A DNA stretch of 14,433 nucleotides from Nanobdellota archaeon (GCA_038046345.1 JBBSWJ010000022.1:17682-32114), one strand, 5' to 3'. Shown: positions 1-8,312, counted from the first letter of the stretch. Made by a program: numbers and translations. Notes: generated by a model from the letters alone, not told the origin.

Positions 1-678
1 GTAAGCGACAAAGAAGGATTCATTGTTGTATACCCTCAAGCAAGCGGTGAAAAAACAGTACGAGGTATAACAAGGGGCAGCTGGAATGCAATAAGATGCT
101 GCGGCACTGGAAAAGAAAATAATGTTGACGATGTAGGCTTCATTCGTGAGCTAGTAAAAGAAGTAAGCAAGAAAGTTAATATTGATCAAAAAAGGGTTTA
201 TGCAATTGGTCATAGCAATGGCGCCGCATTTACTGAAAGACTTGGCTGCGAAGCTAGTGATATCTTTGCTGCTGTTGCAATGAACGCAGGAAGAGACAGC
301 CTTAATTCTTGTACTGGAAAAATACCTTCTCTATTTATGCAAGGAACTGCAGATCCTGAAGTAACTCACCTTGCAGGTACATGCGGTGGTAGAGTTGACC
401 CTGGATGGAAATGCAGATCTTTTGATGAATATCTTGATGTTGTAGCCACACGTAATGGATGCGATGATACAAAAGAAGTTATCTTATCAATTGGAGATGC
501 AACATGTTCATCTTATAATTCTTGTGATGAAGAAGTAAACTTCTGTGTTATAGAAAATCATGGCCATCATATCCCCGGCGGAGAAGCTAACCTTCCTGAA
601 AAACTTATTGGTCCATTAAACAATGATCTTGATGGAGCACAATTCGTGTGGGATTTCTTTAGTGATAAAATATTATAA
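1..678 (+). CDS. LpqC/PHB-depolymerase-family alpha/beta-hydrolase esterase (5'-partial)
   Basis: Frame 1 is open from base 1: VSDKEGFIVVYPQA...WNAIRCCG...DDVGFIRELV...IDQKRVYAIGHSNG (nucleophile elbow at 208-222), then QGTADP (Asp) and NHGHHIPGG (His). The ORF-track start at 280 is an internal Met. Confidence 0.88.
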   Translation, partial: VSDKEGFIVVYPQASGEKTVRGITRGSWNAIRCCGTGKENNVDDVGFIRELVKEVSKKVNIDQKRVYAIGHSNGAAFTERLGCEASDIFAAVAMNAGRDSLNSCTGKIPSLFMQGTADPEVTHLAGTCGGRVDPGWKCRSFDEYLDVVATRNGCDDTKEVILSIGDATCSSYNSCDEEVNFCVIENHGHHIPGGEANLPEKLIGPLNNDLDGAQFVWDFFSDKIL

Positions 679-686
679 AAAAAAAA
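677..686 (-). terminator. Oligo-T intrinsic terminator of the ribosomal protein operon
   Basis: An A10 run on + (T10 on -) lies immediately after the rps9 TAA, in the 9-nt gap between convergent genes. Confidence 0.55.
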
Positions 687-687
687 T

Positions 688-1083
688 TTAACGGTAACTC
701 TTAGTTCTCTTGGCACGGGGTTTAGAATCATTAGGCTTAGACCTCTCATTAGCACGCGAATCTTGAACAAGCAAATGCCTGTCATAATCTAAAAAACTAC
801 TCTTTAAGCTTGGGTTCGATTCAGCAAGTGATCTAGCAATAGCCATGCGAACTGCATCTGTCTGAGCGCTCCAACCACCACCATGAACACGAACAGAAAT
901 ATTAACCTTCTTAGAAAAGTCACCTGCAAGCATCAAAGGCTCATGAATACGCATACGAGCATGCTCATTGCAAAAATGATCTAATAATTGTCCATTAATT
1001 CTAACAATACCCTTGCCATCAATCAAAGTAGCACGAGCAATTGCCTTCTTTCTAGATCCTGAAACATGAACGCCTTTAGTCAT
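688..1083 (-). CDS. rps9: 30S ribosomal protein S9 (uS9)
   Basis: GSRKKAIARA...G.VRING...VHGGGWSAQTDAVRMAIARSL...YDRHLLVQDSR, C-terminal KSYR. Confidence 0.98.
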   Translation of the reverse strand: MTKGVHVSGSRKKAIARATLIDGKGIVRINGQLLDHFCNEHARMRIHEPLMLAGDFSKKVNISVRVHGGGWSAQTDAVRMAIARSLAESNPSLKSSFLDYDRHLLVQDSRANERSKPNDSKPRAKRTKSYR

Positions 1084-1481
1084 AGTAATTCTGATATCCT
1101 CTGCAATGTCATAAACTTTATGTGATCATCTTTAAGTCTAGCACGATCCAAAGGAATGGTGTCTTTACCTTTAAATTCTGCAGGAACACCCTTGTAACAT
1201 TTTATCCCGCTAAAAGCAATTTTTCCACGACCACGCTTATGGGATAACATACCACGAATAGCACGTTTTAATATTCTTTCAGGAGTACGCGGATAATAAG
1301 GACCATAATGAGGATCACCACGGCTACGGCGTGCTTTGTATAACTCTAATATGCTCTGTTTATTACCAGTAATAACCGCTCTTTCAGAATTTATAATATC
1401 AATGGTCTCACCTAACAAAGCCTGTTTAGCAACAAAAGTTGCCAATCTTCCTACAATCAACCTGTCTGCATCAATAATCAT
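1080..1481 (-). CDS. rpl13: 50S ribosomal protein L13 (uL13, archaeal type)
   Basis: IIDADRLIVGRLATFVAK...IINSERAVITG...GPYYPRTPERILKRAIRGML; ATGA overlap with rps9. Confidence 0.98.
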   Translation of the reverse strand: MIIDADRLIVGRLATFVAKQALLGETIDIINSERAVITGNKQSILELYKARRSRGDPHYGPYYPRTPERILKRAIRGMLSHKRGRGKIAFSGIKCYKGVPAEFKGKDTIPLDRARLKDDHIKFMTLQRISELL

Positions 1482-1837
1482 GCTATTATCCTCACTTTAC
1501 TGCCCTTAGGATTTTCTTTCATTAATTCATAAATAGAAACCGCCTTACCGGATTCATTAATCTTCTCCTTAGCGCTGTCAGAAAAATTCCAAGCAGCAAT
1601 TGTAATCTTCTTAGAAAGACTACCAACAGCTAGAACCTTACCGGGAACAATAGCAATTTCATCATTACGGATAATACCATCGATCTTGTCTAAATTAACT
1701 TGAGCCCTAATTCTTGTAGGTTTAGATAAATCTTTGGCAACAGCCCCCCATATTCTTACTTTCTTTTCAGTGGATAAATGTTTTAAATCATTAATTAATG
1801 TTTTCAGTTTAATATTAGAAGATCCTGTTGGTTTCAT
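1478..1837 (-). CDS. rpl18e: 50S ribosomal protein L18e (eL18)
   Basis: IWGAVAKDLSKPTRIRAQVNLDKI...IVPGKVLAVG...IAAWNFSDSAKEKI; SD-like GGCGGT upstream. Confidence 0.97.
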   Translation of the reverse strand: MKPTGSSNIKLKTLINDLKHLSTEKKVRIWGAVAKDLSKPTRIRAQVNLDKIDGIIRNDEIAIVPGKVLAVGSLSKKITIAAWNFSDSAKEKINESGKAVSIYELMKENPKGSKVRIIA

Positions 1838-1868
1838 ATTAAATACCGCCCATCAATAGTTATATGAT

Positions 1869-2651
1869 TCATTTTAAGCTCTTTAACTCCTTAACAAATT
1901 TATCAGTTTTTTCATCGAAAACTTTTAGTGCATAAACCACCATCTCATCAGGAGACAACTGGCCCCATGCTTCAACAAACATAACAAAATCCTTTTCAGA
2001 ACCAACAACTTCAATATTATCTGGACAAGCCTCAACACAGGCCATGCACAAATCACAAGCCATCAAATCATTAACAACAGCTTTATTATTGTCTAGCTTA
2101 AACACATGCTTAGGACACACTCGAACAGCTTCTGCAGTATCCTTCTTTGGATCAACTTTAATACTTGGAGCACCATAATAATAAACATGCCCTGGTGAAA
2201 ACTTAGCATGATTCTTTCCGCAACCTAGAACTGCTTTAGCCTCAAACTCAATTTGTTGATTCTTTGCAAGCTTAGCTATAACAGTCTTAGGAAAAACTGG
2301 AACAATTTTAGTATCAGCACATTTAAGCATATCAGCATAAACAGTGCATGGACCTTCAGCAGATAAAGTAAAATCAACAGAACATCTAGCGCAACCCTTA
2401 CCCTCACATTTACAAGACTCTATTAATTCATAGCTAGACAAATCAGTTTTCAAAACAACCAAACCAAGACGATGCGCAAGAATCTCGTCATATAAGGCAG
2501 ATGTGTTTTTTGTAAAATGAACAGTTTTAATAGCCATTGCAGGAACCTCACCGGTTATTAGCCTACGAATGGTATTCATATAAGCAGGGTTAGTACCTTT
2601 TACAACAAATGACACAATATTCTTTCGCTTATTAAGAAGTTTAAGCTCCAT
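1869..2651 (-). CDS. rpoD: DNA-directed RNA polymerase subunit D (Rpo3) with Zn motif and ferredoxin-like Fe-S insert
   Basis: NTIRRLITGEVPAMAI...NTSALYDEILAHRLGLVVL...HAKFSP...FVEAWGQL. The ATG at 2651 has a GGAGG SD (2660-2664) 8 nt upstream, so it is preferred over the TTG at 2654. Confidence 0.97.
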   Translation of the reverse strand: MELKLLNKRKNIVSFVVKGTNPAYMNTIRRLITGEVPAMAIKTVHFTKNTSALYDEILAHRLGLVVLKTDLSSYELIESCKCEGKGCARCSVDFTLSAEGPCTVYADMLKCADTKIVPVFPKTVIAKLAKNQQIEFEAKAVLGCGKNHAKFSPGHVYYYGAPSIKVDPKKDTAEAVRVCPKHVFKLDNNKAVVNDLMACDLCMACVEACPDNIEVVGSEKDFVMFVEAWGQLSPDEMVVYALKVFDEKTDKFVKELKSLK

Positions 2652-3076
2652 CAAACTCGCCTCCCCCTACGAAACGATTTTTTTCTGCAACAATCAGAAG
2701 GCAACGCTGTAACATCTTCAATATTACCAATACGCAAACCAGCACGAGACAATGCACGCACTGCAGCTTGAGCACCAGGTCCTGGAGTATTAAAACCAGA
2801 ATGCCCGCCAGGAGCACGAACCTTAATATGCAAAGCATTAACTCCTTTCTCAATAGCACTTTCTGCAACCCTTTTAGCAGCATTCATAGCTGCAGTAGGA
2901 CTAGATTCAAGACGATGTGCTTTAACAACCATACCACCGCTAGCTACAGATATAGTCTCAGATCCAGTAATGTCAGTAATATGAATTATTGTGTTATTAT
3001 AACTAGCATAAATATGAGCAATACCCCATCTTAATTTTACGTTCTTTGCAGACTTGAACTTATCATTTTTTATCAT
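2651..3076 (-). CDS. rps11: 30S ribosomal protein S11 (uS11)
   Basis: [22 protein letters not shown]...[11 protein letters not shown]...KVRAPGG...[26 protein letters not shown]...RRGRRV. Confidence 0.98.
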   Translation of the reverse strand: MIKNDKFKSAKNVKLRWGIAHIYASYNNTIIHITDITGSETISVASGGMVVKAHRLESSPTAAMNAAKRVAESAIEKGVNALHIKVRAPGGHSGFNTPGPGAQAAVRALSRAGLRIGNIEDVTALPSDCCRKKSFRRGRRV

Positions 3077-3669
3077 ACCATACCCCCGACATTAGGATTA
3101 TCTTTTTCTTCTGATTTTACTTCTTCCTTAACATCATCAACAGCTTTAACAACCTCTGGTTGAATTCTTTCTGGATGATCATCACTAGATAAAGATGATG
3201 TTGGATTAAACACAATGCTTCCTTCTTCTAAAACCGTCAATAAATGACCAGGAACATTCATCTTACGCCCATTAACAAAGATATGGCCATGAGTAATAAA
3301 CTGGCGTGATTGAAACATAGTACGAGCAAGATTTTTCCTAACAACTTGAGTCTGTAAGCGCCTTTCTAAAATATGCTTAACCGACAAATCAAGAACTTCA
3401 GCAAGATTAATATTTGAACCAGCAAGTCCAAGACGCACCAAACGATCACGTAACTGTTTAGATTCGATATCAGATTGTTCACCAGGCTGAGCAAGCAAGT
3501 TTTTAGCCTGAACCTTAAATCTTCTTAGCACTGACTCAACCCTCAAAATCTCTTTCTTATTCATAAGCCCATAACCATCAACCAAAACACGATCTTCTTC
3601 AATACGTTTTCTGTTCCACGGATGCCTTGGCGTTGCATATTTTCTTCTTATTCGTTTAATATGACCCAT
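3073..3669 (-). CDS. rps4: 30S ribosomal protein S4 (uS4, archaeal type)
   Basis: TPRHPW...YGLMNKKE...[31 protein letters not shown]; acidic C-terminal tail. Confidence 0.98.
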   Translation of the reverse strand: MGHIKRIRRKYATPRHPWNRKRIEEDRVLVDGYGLMNKKEILRVESVLRRFKVQAKNLLAQPGEQSDIESKQLRDRLVRLGLAGSNINLAEVLDLSVKHILERRLQTQVVRKNLARTMFQSRQFITHGHIFVNGRKMNVPGHLLTVLEEGSIVFNPTSSLSSDDHPERIQPEVVKAVDDVKEEVKSEEKDNPNVGGMV

Positions 3670-3670
3670 T

Positions 3671-4141
3671 TTATACCCTTCCAGCCTTACCTTTCTTTTT
3701 TGTTACTCCAAGAGAAGCACCTTTTCTAAAGTGAGCTCTAGTTCTTTGCCCTCTAACCGGCAAGTGTTTACCATGACGATAACCTTTATAGGTTCTGATC
3801 ATACGCATACGCTTAATATCAAACTCCCTTGTTAGTTTTAGATCACTAGAGACAAGATGCTTATCTTCACCAGTATCATAATCTTTCCTTCGATTTAACA
3901 TCCATGCAGGGATATTATGTTTTGATGGATCACGAATGACTTTTTCAAGCAATGAAACTTGATCATCAGTCAACAAACCGGACTGGATATTACCCTTTAT
4001 GTTAGTGATTCTACAAATAGCATTTGATAATGAATGAGACACTCCTTTAACACGGGTCATAGCAATACCAATTGGTTGCTTTCCGGGTAAATCGGCGTTT
4101 ACAAGTCTTACCAACTGCTTCATAGCTGTTTCTTCAACCAT
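3671..4141 (-). CDS. rps13: 30S ribosomal protein S13 (uS13)
   Basis: LVRLVNADLPG...TRVKGV...PAWMLNRRKDYDTGEDKHL...YKGYRHGKHLPVRGQRTR. The start is placed at ATG 4141 (4123 is an alternative), because the 46 extra N-terminal residues in the ORF track are not S13-like and span the promoter. Confidence 0.97.
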   Translation of the reverse strand: MVEETAMKQLVRLVNADLPGKQPIGIAMTRVKGVSHSLSNAICRITNIKGNIQSGLLTDDQVSLLEKVIRDPSKHNIPAWMLNRRKDYDTGEDKHLVSSDLKLTREFDIKRMRMIRTYKGYRHGKHLPVRGQRTRAHFRKGASLGVTKKKGKAGRV

Positions 4142-4165
4142 ACCGGGCAAAAAAGAGGATGTTGC

Positions 4166-4173
4166 TTTAAAAA
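4166..4173 (-). promoter_or_regulatory. TATA box of the rps13 operon (leaderless transcript)
   Basis: TTTTTAAA on - lies about 25-32 nt upstream of ATG 4141. Confidence 0.6.
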
Positions 4174-4355
4174 GGTATCGGAATTCTAGGCTGTAAAGTA
4201 AACGTCCATCGGTCATACAATCAGTTATATGGATAGAAGTATACAAAATCTCGTTTCTTAGCCTATTTCTTACTATCAAACGAATATTTATCTCGCTTAA
4301 TAGTTGTTATATCCATTTTGTATTTGAGAACCGAGAAAGAGCCAGTCAGAAACAG

Positions 4356-4361
4356 TTATAA
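4356..4361 (+). promoter_or_regulatory. TATA box of the Nudix gene
   Basis: TTATAA preceded by the purine-rich CAGAAAC (BRE-like), about 24 nt upstream of ATG 4385. Confidence 0.5.
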
Positions 4362-4384
4362 CCTTCTTAATTTTATCTATTTAT

Positions 4385-4825
4385 ATGACAGAAAAATATC
4401 AAAAAATCACAGTTGGGGGATTGCTAGCAAAAGATAACAAAGTTCTTGTTGTTAGAAGATCTTCTGCCGAACCATATTTAACCGGTTATTATGAATTACC
4501 CGGAGGTAAAGTTGACTTTGGAGATCACCCAAAAGAAAGTCTTGAAAGAGAATTTATGGAAGAAGTAAATCTCAAAGTCATAGCATTACATCCATATCGA
4601 GTATTCACTTACATTTCGGATAAAGGAAATTGGCATACAGTTGAATTAGTATATTTTGTTCAATTAGATGATGATGTTAAAAATATTAAATTAAGTGAAG
4701 AACATGACGATTTCAAATGGATTTCGGCAGAAGAAACTGATGATTTACAAATCAGTGATGAAATTAAGATGAACATTAAAGTTGGTTTTAAAGAAATTGA
4801 AGACGGGGCTCTTTCTAAAAAATAA
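4385..4825 (+). CDS. Nudix hydrolase (MutT-like)
   Basis: Nudix box YYELPGGKVDFGDHPKESLEREFMEEVNL; C-terminal LSEEHDDFKWI. Confidence 0.93.
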   Translation: MTEKYQKITVGGLLAKDNKVLVVRRSSAEPYLTGYYELPGGKVDFGDHPKESLEREFMEEVNLKVIALHPYRVFTYISDKGNWHTVELVYFVQLDDDVKNIKLSEEHDDFKWISAEETDDLQISDEIKMNIKVGFKEIEDGALSKK

Positions 4826-4869
4826 ACTCCCTTCAGTAGAAATTAATAATGGTTCTCAAACACAAAACT

Positions 4870-5035
4870 CAAAAATTTTCTTTCGGAGCGTTGCACTAAA
4901 TTTTTGTCCTTCGGAGAATATAACAGCGATTAAGAGGTTACGTTTAGTTGCACATCGCTCCATCTAAATGCTCGACCACGTTGCGCTCTCACTCCGCTAC
5001 GCTTCGCTACCGAAAATTCTGATGTTGTTATCTTC
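4870..5035. repeat. GC-richer multi-palindromic intergenic element (REP/attC-like)
   Basis: CAAAAATTT (4870-78)/AAATTTTTG (4898-4906); GGAGCGTTGCACTAAA (4885-4900) vs TTTAGTTGCACATCGCTCC (4943-61); GAATATAACAGCG (4916-28) vs TGTTGTTATCTTC (5023-35); tandem CGCTA-CGCTT-CGCTA (4995-5009). Confidence 0.5.
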
Positions 5036-5070
5036 GTTAAAATCAAAAAAAAACATAATTAAACTGAACT

Positions 5071-5640
5071 CTATTTTATATTGCTGCCAACAAATAAATG
5101 ATACTTATCGCTGCCTGCAAGCTCAATAAGAATACGTTTAACAATAGCCATCCTTGGATCAGGCATTAATTTCACACGTTCACGAAGATCTTTAAAACTC
5201 TCAAATGGCTTTTCTTCACGCTGACTGATTATGTCCCACATATGCTTTTTGCCAACGCCCGGAAGCAACTCAAGTTGATGCCTGCGTGTATTAATGGGCA
5301 GTGCAGTGTTAAAAAACTCAACAAACCGTGATTCATTATCTGCTACCATTTGCTGCAATAATAAATCCAGTTCATTACGCGCAGTTTGAGTAAGCTTGTC
5401 CAAATTAATTTTACCAGAGATATGATGAACTTGATCACGCTTACCAGTACCGATATATACTTCGTCGCCGGGCTGTAAGTTTACACCTTTTTTAGGCACT
5501 AACTCCAATAAGAAAAATAAATTTTTTCCGATGGCTTGAGCTATAGACGACTTCCGGTGCATTGGCCGAGTATCAAATGGATACCCATACTGAAGGAAGT
5601 CCAAAATAATTGCATGTTCCTCATGTTCTGCTTCTGCCAT
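5071..5640 (-). CDS. DUF655 family putative RNA-binding protein (OB + HhH)
   Basis: AIILDFLQYGYP...AQAIGKNLFFLLELVPK...FFNTALPINTRRHQLELLPGVGKKHMWDII...FESFKDLRERV; located in its usual position after rpoF. Confidence 0.93.
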   Translation of the reverse strand: MAEAEHEEHAIILDFLQYGYPFDTRPMHRKSSIAQAIGKNLFFLLELVPKKGVNLQPGDEVYIGTGKRDQVHHISGKINLDKLTQTARNELDLLLQQMVADNESRFVEFFNTALPINTRRHQLELLPGVGKKHMWDIISQREEKPFESFKDLRERVKLMPDPRMAIVKRILIELAGSDKYHLFVGSNIK

Positions 5641-5659
5641 TGTGCTTTTATTATCATAT

Positions 5660-5995
5660 TTATGTTAATGCTGAAAGGATCTTTTCAAAATCCTCCTGTT
5701 TAAGCGTGATGTTTTCTGTGCTGAATAATAGTTTTAAACTATCCATATCAGCTGGGTGCAAGTCAATAAGCTTTGCAATATGTCGATCTTTAAGTCTTGG
5801 AATTTGAAGATCATTAATCTTTTTCTTTAAAGCATCTGCTTCCTTTAATGTAGGAATCTCAAAAGCATTAAGATACTCTCTAAGTCTTTTACCACGAAAG
5901 TTTAGCTCTCCATCTCTCTTGCTTAATGAATCAAGAGCTGCACTTAATTCTGAAAGATTAAGCGGGTTTTTGTTAATAACCTCAATTACTGGCAT
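5660..5995 (-). CDS. rpoF: DNA-directed RNA polymerase subunit F (Rpo4)
   Basis: ELNFRGKRLREYL...IAKLIDLHP.DMDSLKLLF; position between rpl21e and DUF655; SD GAGGAGG upstream. Confidence 0.9.
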   Translation of the reverse strand: MPVIEVINKNPLNLSELSAALDSLSKRDGELNFRGKRLREYLNAFEIPTLKEADALKKKINDLQIPRLKDRHIAKLIDLHPADMDSLKLLFSTENITLKQEDFEKILSALT

Positions 5996-6284
5996 TATTA
6001 ATCCTCCTCAAATGAACTGGGTGAATAATAACATGTTTTGTTTTGTGACCGTCCTTTAAAGAAACCATATAACACTTACCCTGTTTTCCTATTACCTTGC
6101 CAACAAGCCCATGAAACCTTGGAAAATACATGCCTGTTTGAATAGCAGGTTCAGCCTTAAGGCTAACAATATCCCCGTCGTTAAAAGTTTGTAAAAACCG
6201 TCTTATGCTTATCTTACCACCATCTCTCACATTCTTTCTAAGCTTAGAGCGAGTCTTCCTTCTAAAGCCACCGACACGTTTCAT
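5982..6284 (-). CDS. rpl21e: 50S ribosomal protein L21e (eL21)
   Basis: GGFRRKTRSKLRK...FNDGDIVSLKAEPAIQTGMYFPRFHGLVGKV...DGHKTKHVIIHPVHL. Confidence 0.98.
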   Translation of the reverse strand: MKRVGGFRRKTRSKLRKNVRDGGKISIRRFLQTFNDGDIVSLKAEPAIQTGMYFPRFHGLVGKVIGKQGKCYMVSLKDGHKTKHVIIHPVHLRRINNASN

Positions 6285-6307
6285 AGCTTAAACATGAATA
6301 CGGCAGG

Positions 6308-6316
6308 TATATAAAA
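6308..6316 (-). promoter_or_regulatory. TATA box of the rpl21e-rpoF-DUF655 operon
   Basis: TTTTATATA on -, 24-32 nt upstream of ATG 6284. Confidence 0.65.
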
Positions 6317-6368
6317 CTTCTGTTAACCTGCGCTGTAAAAGCAAATATTGCATATAAATATCACGATT

Positions 6369-6389
6369 AAAAAAAGTTGGACCCACCAA
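6369..6389 (-). terminator. Putative terminator of pepF (short hairpin plus T7)
   Basis: On -: TTGG-TGGGT-CCAA-C-TTTTTTT, starting about 20 nt after the pepF stop. Confidence 0.45.
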
Positions 6390-6408
6390 TCACTTATTTT
6401 AATCAGAT

Positions 6409-8184
6409 TTAACCACCGTCCAACTGAGTCTGCCATGAATCAAGAATGTTAAAACTAGACTGCCAAAATGACCTAGATGTAATATCAACGCCAACTTCAC
6501 GAAGAACTTCCTGCGGATCTTTTGAGCCACCATAAGAAAGAATCTTCTCAATTTTATGAACAAAATTACTGCCCTCTTTCTTATACCTAGCAAATAATGC
6601 AAGAGAGAGCAGCTCACCAAAATTGTAGGCATAACAATAAAATGGATTAACCACTATATGGGGGATATACGCCCATTCATATCTAAACAATGGATCAATA
6701 TCCACAACATTACCAAACTGTTCCTTTAGAAGACTAAAATAACTATTTGAAAGCTCTTCAGGAGTAATACCCTCTTTTATAGAGCGATGAGCAATAAGCT
6801 CAAATTTAACAAAATAACATTGCCTAAGGATTGTTGCATAAGAATCAGCCATTTTTTCAAAAAGCAGAGCCTTGCGTTCTTGAACAGTCTTAGCATTGTT
6901 TATTAGACTCTCAAAGACAAGCATTTCAGAAAATGTAGAAGCAGTCTCACTTAGAGGTAAATTTGCATGATATGCGCCTAAACGATTTTTATTAGAATAA
7001 ATCCCATGAATACCATGACCTAACTCATGAGCCATAGTCATGACATCTCGTTTCCTGCCGGTAAAGTTAAGCAAAACATAAGGAGTAATATTTGGAGTAA
7101 CACTTGAACAAAATGCGCCGCTAGTCTTGTTAGGCCTTGGATAAACATCAATATGGTTTTCATTAATAATCCTCTCTGCATATACCTTGAATGTATTACA
7201 AAAATCACCTAAAACACTTAAGACAATATTAACTGATTGATTATATGAATAAGATCGTTCTTCATGTTTTGGAATAGGAGCATAAATATCAAATCTTTTT
7301 AATTTTTTAACTCTGAGCTCTTTAGCCTTAAACTCAAAATAGCGATGGAATAAACTTTTGTTCTTAACACAAACATCAATTAGTTTAGAGGTTACCTCAT
7401 CCGGAATATTATTAGCAAAATTTCTTATTGAGATTGGTGATTTATAACCTCTAATATTAGCCTCATTATTCCAGTTCTTAACAACTGCCTGGTAAATTAA
7501 AAAAAATTTTTCAATATTCTTTTTATAAGTCGAGAGCAATGAAACATAAGCAGCTCTTCTAATCATAGGTTTTGAAGATGTAAAATGCCTAGTAACCTCA
7601 TCAACTGTTCGGTAAATTTTTGCAGGCTTATTTCCCACCTTAACTGGAAAAACAAGATCTGTTTCAATTAGAGCACGAAGATCCAATAAAGGGGACAAAC
7701 CAGTTGAGTCTTTTTTAGTGATTATCCTTTCCTCAAACTCAGACAAAGTATATTTTGCTGCGTCACGAGAACGTTTTAAGGCATACTCCAGCCCGGGAAC
7801 AGAAAGAAATAGACGCTTAGCGTTTTCATCATCAAGAATATTTTTACCATCAATTTTTTTACCACGAATCCATAAAGTTATCTTTCGTGAAGCATCTTCA
7901 GCACGAATGCTAAGCTCTTGAACACGCGCAACTTGTTTTTTAGCAACCTGATCTTTATGGTTAACTTCTTCTAAAAGCGCGTACCTTGAATAAAGCATAT
8001 GAATCCTTTCTGAAATTTTTTCATTGAAATCAACTGCTTCATTAAATTTCTGCTTGCTCATATTTGGATGCATCTTATTAAAAAATCTTTTAAACTTAGG
8101 AAGATCTAACTCTACACGCCTAAAAAGTTTATCAAAATCATTTTCATGAACAATATCATTGACATTCCACCCCTGCTCTGGCAT
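6409..8184 (-). CDS. pepF: M3 family oligoendopeptidase F
   Basis: HIDVYPRPNKTSGAFC...MTMAHELGHGIH (HEXXH)...PLSETASTFSE...WAYIPHIVVNPFYCYAYNFG. Confidence 0.95.
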   Translation of the reverse strand: MPEQGWNVNDIVHENDFDKLFRRVELDLPKFKRFFNKMHPNMSKQKFNEAVDFNEKISERIHMLYSRYALLEEVNHKDQVAKKQVARVQELSIRAEDASRKITLWIRGKKIDGKNILDDENAKRLFLSVPGLEYALKRSRDAAKYTLSEFEERIITKKDSTGLSPLLDLRALIETDLVFPVKVGNKPAKIYRTVDEVTRHFTSSKPMIRRAAYVSLLSTYKKNIEKFFLIYQAVVKNWNNEANIRGYKSPISIRNFANNIPDEVTSKLIDVCVKNKSLFHRYFEFKAKELRVKKLKRFDIYAPIPKHEERSYSYNQSVNIVLSVLGDFCNTFKVYAERIINENHIDVYPRPNKTSGAFCSSVTPNITPYVLLNFTGRKRDVMTMAHELGHGIHGIYSNKNRLGAYHANLPLSETASTFSEMLVFESLINNAKTVQERKALLFEKMADSYATILRQCYFVKFELIAHRSIKEGITPEELSNSYFSLLKEQFGNVVDIDPLFRYEWAYIPHIVVNPFYCYAYNFGELLSLALFARYKKEGSNFVHKIEKILSYGGSKDPQEVLREVGVDITSRSFWQSSFNILDSWQTQLDGG

Positions 8185-8205
8185 ATACCTTACATCTTAA
8201 GCGGC

Positions 8206-8213
8206 TTATTAAA
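8206..8213 (-). promoter_or_regulatory. TATA box of pepF
   Basis: TTTAATAA on -, 22-29 nt upstream of ATG 8184. Confidence 0.55.
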
Positions 8214-8312
8214 TATTTCTACTTCAACGGCTTTGTTCGATAAGTCCCTGAAAAGTTAGATATTTCGGGCAGTTATGGAAACTAGCAAAATAATTTTGAT
8301 CTTACCTTAAAA

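Noticed and set aside
4142-4279. 46-aa N-terminal extension of S13 in the ORF track
   Set aside because: It is not S13-like and spans the TATA box; the true start is 4141 (or 4123).
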